Source of the DNA: an uncultured Gemmatimonadales bacterium
GTDB lineage: Bacteria; Gemmatimonadota; Gemmatimonadetes; Palauibacterales; Palauibacteraceae
Assembly: GCA_963783385.1 (NCBI GenBank)
Contig: CAWANJ010000006.1
Span: 64,001 to 128,000 of the forward strand
Length of the DNA: 64,000 nucleotides
Direction: 5' to 3'
Both the position numbers and the translations under genes were made by a program. The notes under the pieces are model-generated. The model made no database searches. It was not told the DNA's origin and saw only the letters and a list, made by a program, of their open reading frames with translations. Below, piece by piece: positions 40,928 through 49,437 of this stretch. Position 1 is the stretch's first letter, and each line of letters starts with the position of its first letter.

Positions 40928-43900
40928 GTGTCCAGCCTCGATCGCCGCTCGCCGATCATCCCATCCTTCGTCCTCTCCGCCGTCCTCACCGCGACCGCCC
41001 TGCTCCCCCTCGCTTCGGCCCCGGTCCGCGCCCAGCAGTTCGATCCCTCCCTGTTCTCGGGGATGCGCTGGCGCCTGGTCGGGCCCTTCCGCGCGGGGCG
41101 CTCGGTGGCCGCCACCGGCGTGCCGGGCCAGCCCGAGCACTTCTACTTCGGCGCCGTGGACGGCGGCGTGTGGGAGAGCCGCGACGCGGGTCTCACCTGG
41201 AGACCGCGCTTCGACGGCGAGCCCGTCGCATCCGTCGGGGCGATCGCCATGGCGCCGTCGGACCCTTCCATCCTGTACGTGGGGACCGGCGAAGCGGACA
41301 TCCGCGCCTCGAACGCGGCCGGCGACGGAATGTACCGCTCGGACGACGGCGGGAAGACGTGGCGGCACATCGGACTGGACGACACGCGCCGCATCGGCCG
41401 CATCCTGGTGGATCCCCGGAATCCGAACCGGGTGTGGGTGGCGGCGCTGGGCCACGCGTACGGGCCCAACGAGCAGCGGGGCGTGTTCCGCACGAACGAT
41501 GGTGGAAGGACGTGGCACAAGGTCCTGTACCGCGATCGGAACACGGGAGCGATCGACCTGGCCTCCTCTCCCTCGGACCCGAACCGGATCTTCGCCGTGC
41601 TGTGGGGCACGCGGCGGCCGCCATGGAACGTGTACCCCCCCTCCAACAGCTTCGGCGCGGTCTTCGAGACGACCGATGGCGGTGACCACTGGCGGAAGGT
41701 GGCGGGCGGGCTCCCCGGCGGCCCGGGGGTGGGCCGCATCGGGATCGCCGTGGCGCCGACCGACCCCGACCGCGTGTACGCGCAGGTGGACGCCACGGGC
41801 GCTGCCGGCGAGGGGGGCGTGTACCGCTCCGACGACGCCGGCTCGACCTGGAAGCTCGCGGACGGCGAGGACCGCATCTGGCACCGGGGCTGGTATTTCG
41901 GCAGCGTGACCGTCGATCCGGCCAACGCCGACGTCGTCTACGTCATGAACACGAGCGTGTACCGCTCCGAGGACGCCGGCGCCACCTTCCAGGGCTTCAA
42001 GGGCGCGCCGGGCGGGGACGACTACCACCAGCTGTGGATCGACCCCTCGAACGCGCGCCACATGATCCTGGCGTCCGACCAGGGCGTGATCGTGAGCGTG
42101 GACGGCGGCAGCAGCTGGAGCTCGTGGAACAACCAGCCCACGGCCCAGCTCTACCACGTGGTCGCCGACCACGGCTTCCCCTACAAGCTGTACGGCTCCC
42201 AGCAGGACTCGGGCTCGCGCTGGATCCTGAGCCGGAGCGGTGGCTACGGCGGCATCAGCTTCCGGTACTGGGGAAACGCCTGCGCCGGGGGTGAGAGCGG
42301 CTACATCGCCATCGACCCCCTGGACGAGGACATCCTGTTCGGAACCTCCTACGACGGGTCGGTGGTGCGCTGCGACCAGAAGACCGGCGTGCGGACCACG
42401 ATCTCTCCAGAGCTCGCCTGGCCCGACTCCTCCTTCCGCGTGTCCTGGACCATGCCGATCGTGGCCTCCGCGGCCGACCCGCACGCCGTCTACTTCGGCG
42501 ACCAGTACGTGTTCGAGACGCGCGACCGGGGCGCCAGCTGGAAGAAGATCAGCCCCGACCTGACCCGTGAGGCGCCGGGGGTGCCGTCCAACCTCGACTC
42601 GGCCACGGCCCACGATCGGACGGCGGTCGAGCGGGCCGGAACCCGCTGGGGCGTCATCTTCACGATCGCGCCCTCGCCCGTGGACGCGAACGCGGTGTGG
42701 GCCGGAACCGACGACGGGCTGGTGTGGGTCACGCGGGACGGCGGACGGAGCTGGAAGGACGTGACGCCGGGAGCCCTGACGCCGTGGAGCAAGGTCTCCA
42801 TGATCGAGGCCTCGCACACGGACTCCGCAGTGGCGTGGGCCGCCGTGGACCGGCACCGGTTGGACGACTTCTCGCCCCACGTGTACCGCACCCGCGACGG
42901 GGGCGGGAGCTGGCAGGAGGTGGACGACGGGCTCCCCGCCGGCGCGTGGGTCAACGCGGTCCGCGAGGACCCCGACCGGCCGGGCCTCCTGTTCGCCGGG
43001 ACCGAAATGGGCGTGTACGCCTCCTTCGACGGCGGGGACCACTGGCAGTCCCTCCGCATGAACATGCCCGTGAGCTCCGTCCGCGACCTCGTGATCCGCG
43101 ATGGCGACCTGACCGCGGCCACGCACGGTCGTTCGATGTGGACGCTGGACGACATCGCGCCGCTGAGGCAGATGTCCTCCGAGGTCGCCCGCTCCGGCGC
43201 CTACCTGTTCCGGCCCGACACGACCACGCTCGTCCGGGGCCGCTCGCGCTCGACCCCGGCCTCGGCGGCACCGTACGTGGACCCGGTCGAGCTGGCGGCG
43301 GGCGAGAACCCACCATCGGGGGCCATCCTGGACTACTACCTGGAGGACGACGTCGACTCGGTGGCGCTCGAGGTCGTCCGAGCGGACGGGGAGATCGTGC
43401 GCCGCTACTCGAGCACCGAGAAGCCGCACGCCACCGACCCGAAGTCGCTGGACATCCCGGCCGGGTGGATCTCCACGCCCGACGTGCTGCCCGCCGCGGC
43501 CGGCATGCACCGGTGGACGTGGGACCTCCACTACGCCCGGACCGGCGGCGGGGGCGGCCGGGGCGGGTTCTTCGGCGGCGGGGGCGGACCCTGGGTCCTG
43601 CCCGGCGACTACACGGTCCGTCTGGTCGCCGGCGGCGACACTCTCGCCCGGCCGCTGGTCGTGCGCCAGGACCCGCGCAGCGCGGCCGCGCCGGAGGCGC
43701 TGGCCGCCCAGCTGGCCCTGGCCCGACGGGTCGAGGCGGCGAGCGGCGAAGCCGCGGCGGCGCTGCGCCAGGTCGACGGCGTTCGGGCCCGCATCGACTC
43801 GGCCAGGGCGAAGGCCGCCGGGAAGAAGGACGTTCTGTCCGCGCTGGACCGCGTGGAGGGGAAGATCCGGGACGTGCAGGGGCGCAGGGCCGCGCCCAAC

Positions 43901-44164
43901 CCGGACGCCGCGGGCGTCGGGGACGGCGGGCCGGCCCCCGGCACGCTTCTGTATCTGAGGAGCTATCTGGGCAGCCTGGAGCGCGCCATCGAGAGCGGGG
44001 ACTCGGCGCCCTCGGCGGAAGCGAAGACGAGCTTCGAGAAGGCGGGCCGCGCGCTGGACGCGGCCCTCGAGCGCTGGCGGGGGCTCCGGTCGACGGACCT
44101 GCCCGCACTCGACGAGTCGCTCGGGCGGGCGGGGCTCCCGCCGGTGGGGGCCGGCCGGCCCTAG
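40928..44164 (+). CDS. Secreted BNR/Asp-box (VPS10-like) repeat glycosyl hydrolase-like protein
   Basis: MRWRLVGPFRAGR; many [ST]xDxGxxW Asp-boxes; GDDYHQLWIDP, SFDGGDHWQ, ATHGRS. Confidence 0.88.
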   Translation: MSSLDRRSPIIPSFVLSAVLTATALLPLASAPVRAQQFDPSLFSGMRWRLVGPFRAGRSVAATGVPGQPEHFYFGAVDGGVWESRDAGLTWRPRFDGEPVASVGAIAMAPSDPSILYVGTGEADIRASNAAGDGMYRSDDGGKTWRHIGLDDTRRIGRILVDPRNPNRVWVAALGHAYGPNEQRGVFRTNDGGRTWHKVLYRDRNTGAIDLASSPSDPNRIFAVLWGTRRPPWNVYPPSNSFGAVFETTDGGDHWRKVAGGLPGGPGVGRIGIAVAPTDPDRVYAQVDATGAAGEGGVYRSDDAGSTWKLADGEDRIWHRGWYFGSVTVDPANADVVYVMNTSVYRSEDAGATFQGFKGAPGGDDYHQLWIDPSNARHMILASDQGVIVSVDGGSSWSSWNNQPTAQLYHVVADHGFPYKLYGSQQDSGSRWILSRSGGYGGISFRYWGNACAGGESGYIAIDPLDEDILFGTSYDGSVVRCDQKTGVRTTISPELAWPDSSFRVSWTMPIVASAADPHAVYFGDQYVFETRDRGASWKKISPDLTREAPGVPSNLDSATAHDRTAVERAGTRWGVIFTIAPSPVDANAVWAGTDDGLVWVTRDGGRSWKDVTPGALTPWSKVSMIEASHTDSAVAWAAVDRHRLDDFSPHVYRTRDGGGSWQEVDDGLPAGAWVNAVREDPDRPGLLFAGTEMGVYASFDGGDHWQSLRMNMPVSSVRDLVIRDGDLTAATHGRSMWTLDDIAPLRQMSSEVARSGAYLFRPDTTTLVRGRSRSTPASAAPYVDPVELAAGENPPSGAILDYYLEDDVDSVALEVVRADGEIVRRYSSTEKPHATDPKSLDIPAGWISTPDVLPAAAGMHRWTWDLHYARTGGGGGRGGFFGGGGGPWVLPGDYTVRLVAGGDTLARPLVVRQDPRSAAAPEALAAQLALARRVEAASGEAAAALRQVDGVRARIDSARAKAAGKKDVLSALDRVEGKIRDVQGRRAAPNPDAAGVGDGGPAPGTLLYLRSYLGSLERAIESGDSAPSAEAKTSFEKAGRALDAALERWRGLRSTDLPALDESLGRAGLPPVGAGRP

Positions 44165-45816
44165 CGCCCGGCCAGCCGGCGGGCCGCGCGCCGCGGCAGG
44201 CGACGGACCTTCCCGAGCGCCCGCCGCAGGCGTCCTCGCCACGTGCCCGACGTCCGGGCCGCGGGCCGGCGGGTCCCGTGGAGCTCGAACACCAGGTAGG
44301 CGGCGCGCCCCTCGCCCGGGTTCGCCATGCCGTGGGGCTCGCCGGCCGGATAGAAGATCACGCCCCCGGGCCCCACGCGGCGACCCAGCGTCTCGACCTC
44401 GCCCTGGACCACCACGATCCCCACGTCGTACGCGTCTTCGTGCGGGGCGTAGCCGCTCCCGGGCTCGAGGGTCGTGAAGTGGCCGTGCAGCCGGTCCAGG
44501 TAGCCGGTCTCCAGGTCGAAGATCGACTCGTACCTGACCCCCGGGTCCTCGCCGGCGGCCCCGGCTCCGGCCGGGCCGAAGCTCCACACCGAGGAGGCCG
44601 CGGCCCGGTTCGGCCCGCGCGCCGGCACGTTCCGCCACTTGAAGATGCAGTAGGTGGCGGGCCCCCGGCCCACGCTCCGGATCGTGTGGACCTGGCGGGC
44701 GCGGTGGTAGACCACGGTGCCGGGCCCGACCCTCCGGGCACGGGTCGCGTCCGGCGTCGCCTCCTCGGCCGTGACGATCTCGACCTCGCCCCCGAGCGGG
44801 ACGATGATCTCCTCCTCCGCGTGGTCGTGGGGCGGATGAGGCACGGCGCCGGCGCTCAGGACGGAGGTGTGCACCTCCAGCTCGTCGAGGCAGGGCGTCT
44901 CGCCCTCGAACTGGGAATACAGGGCCCAGCCCGTGTCCGGATCCTCGTCCCGGCGCGCCAGCTCCCGGATCCAGCACGGGGCCAGGGGCTCGGCCTCCAG
45001 GGCGGCCTCCACCGAGCCGGCCTCCCCCGCGAAGGCCGGACCGTCCACGACGCGATTCTCTCCCGAGCCATCCCGGCCCCGCACGACGACGCATGGAGGG
45101 CGGGGGCGCTCGAGGAAGCGGAACGGCCACTCGAATTGCCCGTCCGGGTCGGGAATCCGAATGGGGGTGTCGGGCGCCGTGTACTGGAGGATGAGGGCCG
45201 TGCGGGTCCCCTCCTGGAGAAGGTTGTTCGAGCCGTGCCACAAACGGCCGTCGAACAGGAGGACGTCCCCGTCCGTCATGTCGAGCTGCACGATCTCCGC
45301 CCGTGGATCGCGCTCGCGCGCCCACCCTGCGATCCGGTCGGTCGTGGCCTCGCCCCGCGCCAGCCCCAGCCCGTGTCCGACCTCCTGCAGGCTCTGGCCG
45401 AAGCGGTGCGAGTGGGGGATCACGGCGAGACTCGACTCGCGGCGCGTGTTCGCGACGCCGATCCAGGCCGTCACCGTGTGGCCCCGGGGATCGGCCGTCT
45501 CGAGGTCGGTGTGCCACGGGTGGACCTGCCCGGGCCGTCGATCGACCATGCTCGCCCCCCACAGGAGCACGTCCGGGCCGAGGAGCCCGGCCACGAGGTC
45601 GACCAGCGGCGGATGGGCGCCCAGCGCGTGGTAGAGGGGCGAGGCGGCCGCGTAGGCCTTGTACCAGAACGGGGGAGGCGGCACGTCGGGGCGCAGGGCC
45701 ACGATCCGCCGGCACTGCTCGGGCGTGAACAGTCGGATCGGCCCCGCGTAGCCGCGCTCCTCGAAGCCCAGGCGCAACTCGGAGACGGACGGGGTCGTTC
45801 CCGGGTCAGGGCACAT
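44161..45816 (-). CDS. PhyH-family Fe(II)/2OG dioxygenase fused to two cupin domains
   Basis: HPWHTD, VTAWI, VIPHSH, LWHGS..N...R; then HPPHDHAEEE...VHTIR and YAPHED...PHGMAN cupins. Confidence 0.75.
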   Translation of the reverse strand: MCPDPGTTPSVSELRLGFEERGYAGPIRLFTPEQCRRIVALRPDVPPPPFWYKAYAAASPLYHALGAHPPLVDLVAGLLGPDVLLWGASMVDRRPGQVHPWHTDLETADPRGHTVTAWIGVANTRRESSLAVIPHSHRFGQSLQEVGHGLGLARGEATTDRIAGWARERDPRAEIVQLDMTDGDVLLFDGRLWHGSNNLLQEGTRTALILQYTAPDTPIRIPDPDGQFEWPFRFLERPRPPCVVVRGRDGSGENRVVDGPAFAGEAGSVEAALEAEPLAPCWIRELARRDEDPDTGWALYSQFEGETPCLDELEVHTSVLSAGAVPHPPHDHAEEEIIVPLGGEVEIVTAEEATPDATRARRVGPGTVVYHRARQVHTIRSVGRGPATYCIFKWRNVPARGPNRAAASSVWSFGPAGAGAAGEDPGVRYESIFDLETGYLDRLHGHFTTLEPGSGYAPHEDAYDVGIVVVQGEVETLGRRVGPGGVIFYPAGEPHGMANPGEGRAAYLVFELHGTRRPAARTSGTWRGRLRRALGKVRRLPRRAARRLAGR

Positions 45817-46003
45817 GGGAGGCTCCAGGAGCGCGAGGCTGAGCACGATCTGGACGTGGACGCCGACGGGCGGCCATCGTCCCGGCGCGTGGCCTCAATA
45901 TAGCCCGGGGCGCCGCGTCGCTGCAGGGCGGCGCCCCGACCGTTGGGGCCGCCGAGGCGCGTTCCTCGTGGGCGCCCGGCCCACGCTGGCGAGGCCGGAT
46001 TGC

Positions 46004-46032
46004 TTGCCGGTATATGTCTACACTCGTAGACT
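46004..46032 (+). promoter_or_regulatory. Sigma70-like promoter TTGCCG-N17-TAGACT overlapped by palindrome GTCTAC-N4-GTAGAC
   Basis: Perfect 6-4-6 inverted repeat at 46016-46031 covering the -10 box. Confidence 0.55.
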
Positions 46033-46237
46033 TCTTCGGTGGTGATCGTACGCCAGAGCAGGAAGTTCGTGTCGGAACGTCGAAGGTTGATCGAGCACAG
46101 GCCCTTCCGGTCGCGACCGCGTCACCCGATCCATGGTGTCCTCTTCGTGCCGAATCGGGGCTCGCCCTCCGGGCGCGCTGCCACCCCAGACCGCCGATCG
46201 ACGCACGCCGGACCCAAGGATCAGGATGGAGAGGCCG

Positions 46238-47302
46238 ATGCGGAAGAGCGACAGTCCCAAGGGATTCTCGCACTCTAGCGAACCTCAGCCCCACAAGGCG
46301 CGAACGCAGGCGATCCTGCGGGAGCACCCCGAGGTCCGGGAGGAGATCGGCAAGAACCCCTGGTCCTTCGCCCTCATCCTGCTTCTCGTGGCGATCCAGT
46401 TCGCGCTGGCCTGGTGGCTGAGGGACAGGCCCTGGTGGGCCATCCTCCTGGTCGCGTACACGGCCGGTGCCGTCGCCGACCACGGGTTGTTCGTGCTCGT
46501 GCACGAGTGCGCTCACAACCTGATCTTCCGGAAGACCGTGCCCAACACGCTGGCGGGCATCACCGCCAACCTGCCGAGCGTGATCCCGACCTCGGTCTCC
46601 TTCAAGCGCTACCACCTGAAGCACCATTCCTACCAGGGCGTCTACGAGCTCGACGCCGACCTGCCCAGCGCATGGGAGGCGAAGCTGGTGGGCAACTCTT
46701 CCGTCCGGAAGGCGGTGTGGCTCCTGCTGTTCCCGATCTTCCAGATGCTGCGGGCCTTCCGGATCAAGGAAGTGACCCTGTTCGACCGGTGGCAAGTCTT
46801 CAACATGGTCGTGATCTTCGCGGTCGACGCCGCCGTGCTGGCGGTCCTGGGTCCGCGCGCCTTCCTCTACCTGCTGACCGCCGTGTTCTTCTCGGTGGGG
46901 CTGCATCCCGTGGGAGCCCGCTGGATCCAGCGTCACTGGCTGGTGGAGGACGAGCAGGAGACGTACAGCTACTACGGGCGCATGAACACGCTCGCCTTCA
47001 ACGTGGGCTTCCACAACGAGCACCACGACTTCCCGTCCATCCCGTGGAACCATCTGCCGAAGATCAAGGCGACCGCGCCCGAGTACTACAGCGAGCTCAA
47101 GTCGCACGCCTCCTGGTCGCGGCTGCTCCTCCAGTTCGTGTTCGACCCGAGCCTTACCCTGTTCTCGCGCATGGTGCGGGAACGGCAGGGCCACTCGGCG
47201 AGCCGCGCCGCGGCGGAGATCCGGCGCACGGGCGAGGCGGGCCGGAGCGCCCCGGATCCCGAGCCGCTCCGGCCCGCGGCCGCGGAGGGCGCGCAGGGCT
47301 GA
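46238..47302 (+). CDS. Sphingolipid delta-4 desaturase/C4-hydroxylase-like (DES/DEGS) membrane desaturase
   Basis: N-terminal EPQPHKARTQAILREHPEV; His boxes HECAH, HLKHH, HNEHH; GLHPVGARWI, ETYSYYG, FNVGFHNEHHDFPSIPW..LP.IK..APEYY. Confidence 0.85.
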   Translation: MRKSDSPKGFSHSSEPQPHKARTQAILREHPEVREEIGKNPWSFALILLLVAIQFALAWWLRDRPWWAILLVAYTAGAVADHGLFVLVHECAHNLIFRKTVPNTLAGITANLPSVIPTSVSFKRYHLKHHSYQGVYELDADLPSAWEAKLVGNSSVRKAVWLLLFPIFQMLRAFRIKEVTLFDRWQVFNMVVIFAVDAAVLAVLGPRAFLYLLTAVFFSVGLHPVGARWIQRHWLVEDEQETYSYYGRMNTLAFNVGFHNEHHDFPSIPWNHLPKIKATAPEYYSELKSHASWSRLLLQFVFDPSLTLFSRMVRERQGHSASRAAAEIRRTGEAGRSAPDPEPLRPAAAEGAQG

Positions 47303-47332
47303 GTCGGAGCGCCTCACCGGCGCTCGCCATCC

Positions 47333-48619
47333 TCACGTCCTCCCCAGCACCCCCTCGATCGCGTCGCACGCCCGGCGCAGGCCCTCCTCCGTCCGGACCA
47401 CGCGCCCCACCTCGGCGGCCCGTTCCCGGACGGACGGGTCCCCGAGCAGAGCGCGGAGTTCCCGTGCGGCCGTGGCACCTCGATAGTGCCTCGGTTCGAG
47501 GACTCTCGCGATCCCCAGGCGCTCCGCGCGGTGCGCATTGTCCGGCTGGTCGTGGGCGAAGGGCACGACCAGCATGGGCACCCCGGCCCGCAGCGCCTGG
47601 GCCATCGTCCCGATGCCGCCGTGGTGGACGACGGCCGCGGCGCGCGGGAACAGCTCGGCGTAGGGAGCGAACTCGGCCACCCGTACATCCTCCGGGAGCG
47701 GCCCCGCGGGCCGGTTCCCGGGATCGGGACCGACGAGCAGCACGGCCCGGACCCCGAGCCGCCGCGCGGCCACCAGGCTCTCCTCGTAGAACGTACCGGC
47801 GGCCGCGACCGCCGACGAGCCCAGGGTGAACACGACGGGAGCCGGGCCTTCCTCCAGGAAGGCGGCGAGCGCCCCGCCATCACGATCCTCCGACTCGCCG
47901 GCGTCTGCGGGCGTGCGATCGTAGAACACGGGGCCGGTCACGCGGAGCTGGCCCGGCCAGTCTTGCTGCGGCCGGGCCAGGAGCCGCGAGAACAGCGCCA
48001 GCGAGAGGAGGGGGGAGTGCTGGCCCTCGAACAGCGGGTTCTGCCCCGGCGGCAGGCCGCGCTCCTCCCGGAGGCGGACCACCGGCCTGGTCCACGCGCG
48101 GGTCGCCCGGCGGGCGAGCGCCGCGAACGCCCGCGCGGCGCCCGGAACCCCCTCCAGCCGCTTCATCCACGGCGCCGGCGGGAACACCGGGAGGTCGTGC
48201 TCGGAGAACAGGGAGATCGGCGAGAGCACGGTGGACACCCACGCCAGGCCCCGCTCCTCGGCCACGATCGGGCCGGCGAAGGTGATGGGGTGGGTCACCA
48301 GGAGGTCGGCGCCCTCGACCGCGGCCGACAGGTCCTCGTAGCCGGGCCGCAGGGCAGGCATGAGGAGCTCGCGGACCAGCCGCTCGGTGCCGCGCCAGGG
48401 GTCGAGGATGCGGCCGACCAGCTCCGTGTCGCGTGGATCCACGTCGGGACGGATCGCCCGGAAGCCCACGCCCTCACTCTCCACGTAGTCCCGGTAGTAG
48501 GCGCTGGTGGCGACGACGGGCCGATGCCCCCGGGCCGCGAGCTCCACCGCGAGCCCGAGGTACGGGTTCACGTCGCCGTAGGAGCCCAGGGTCGCGAGGA
48601 CCACTTTCCGGCCGCTCAC
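47333..48619 (-). CDS. GT1/GT-B glycosyltransferase (RhlB/sterol-glycosyltransferase-like)
   Basis: TLGSYGDVNPY, VVFTLGS, HHGGIGT, GVPMLVVPFAHDQPDNA. Confidence 0.88.
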   Translation of the reverse strand: MSGRKVVLATLGSYGDVNPYLGLAVELAARGHRPVVATSAYYRDYVESEGVGFRAIRPDVDPRDTELVGRILDPWRGTERLVRELLMPALRPGYEDLSAAVEGADLLVTHPITFAGPIVAEERGLAWVSTVLSPISLFSEHDLPVFPPAPWMKRLEGVPGAARAFAALARRATRAWTRPVVRLREERGLPPGQNPLFEGQHSPLLSLALFSRLLARPQQDWPGQLRVTGPVFYDRTPADAGESEDRDGGALAAFLEEGPAPVVFTLGSSAVAAAGTFYEESLVAARRLGVRAVLLVGPDPGNRPAGPLPEDVRVAEFAPYAELFPRAAAVVHHGGIGTMAQALRAGVPMLVVPFAHDQPDNAHRAERLGIARVLEPRHYRGATAARELRALLGDPSVRERAAEVGRVVRTEEGLRRACDAIEGVLGRT

Positions 48620-48793
48620 GCGCCCCCCGGCCCCCTCCGGTCCCGCAGGCCACGCCGGGCCCGGCTCCTCGAGCCGGAGGGGATCCGGCTTCCGGGGCGT
48701 AGGGAAATCACCCACGAATCGACACGACAATCTCCTGACAGACGCGCTCGGCCGGCCGGCCGAGGTTGAACATCGCCTGAAGGGAGGCCCTGG

Positions 48794-48895
48794 ATGTCAC
48801 GCAAGCAGAGAGATCTCATCTGGAGCGTCGGTCTCACGGTCCTCGCCGTGGGCCTCGCCCTCCTGGTCACGGCGACGAGCCTGGCCGCACGATAG
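48794..48895 (+). CDS. 33-aa single-TM small protein
   Basis: AGGGAGG RBS 6 nt upstream; MSRKQRDLIWSVGLTVLAVGLALLVTATSLAAR*. Confidence 0.5.
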   Translation: MSRKQRDLIWSVGLTVLAVGLALLVTATSLAAR

Positions 48896-49146
48896 CGGTG
48901 CCGGAGGCCGCCCGACAGCCGGACCCGACCCCTCTCACACGGGCTGCTCCATGAGGTCGGCGATTCCCTGACCAGGTGCTGCAGGGAGCAGGCCTTCACG
49001 AGCCGGTTCCGGCCCACGCCATGTCGACGAATGCAGCGTCGGAGCGAGAGAGTTCGTCCGCCTGCTCCGAAGCCGATTCCATCGCCATCGAAGCCCCAAT
49101 GCCCGCCGTCGGCAGGAAGCTGGCCGCTCGCGCCTTTCTGCCTCTC

Positions 49147-49437
49147 TCATCCCTCCTCGAGCGCCTCCAGGCCTTCGGCGACCATGGTGGGGACGAACTC
49201 CGTGACCGCATACTCCGCCAGGCCCCGGACCCTGAACGGGTCCCGGTCGAGGTCGGCGTCCAGCTCCTCGCGATCCCGGAGCCGGGAGAGAATCACGCCG
49301 CCCGTGCGCGGCACCTTCCGGCCGGAGGCCAGGAAGCTCCCTCTGGCGTATTCGGTGTCCAGGAACGTGATGTGCTCGTCGAGGTGTCGATCGATCTCCT
49401 CGAGGGGCCGCCTGTAGGTGAGCGAGACGCTGAACAT
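49147..49437 (-). CDS. YciI-family protein
   Basis: LTYRRPLEEID..L.EH..FL, FLASGRKVPRTGGVIL, DPF...LAEY.VTEF.P. Confidence 0.85.
   Translation of the reverse strand: MFSVSLTYRRPLEEIDRHLDEHITFLDTEYARGSFLASGRKVPRTGGVILSRLRDREELDADLDRDPFRVRGLAEYAVTEFVPTMVAEGLEALEEG

Noticed and set aside
41000-43200. Repeated motifs in the BNR gene as a DNA repeat element
   Set aside because: Explained by protein-level Asp-box repeats
40643-45715. Very long antisense or alternate-frame ORFs (for example 1690 aa, 1068 aa, and 920 aa opposite metE)
   Set aside because: Arg/Pro/Gly-rich shadow ORFs of real genes, expected at this GC content
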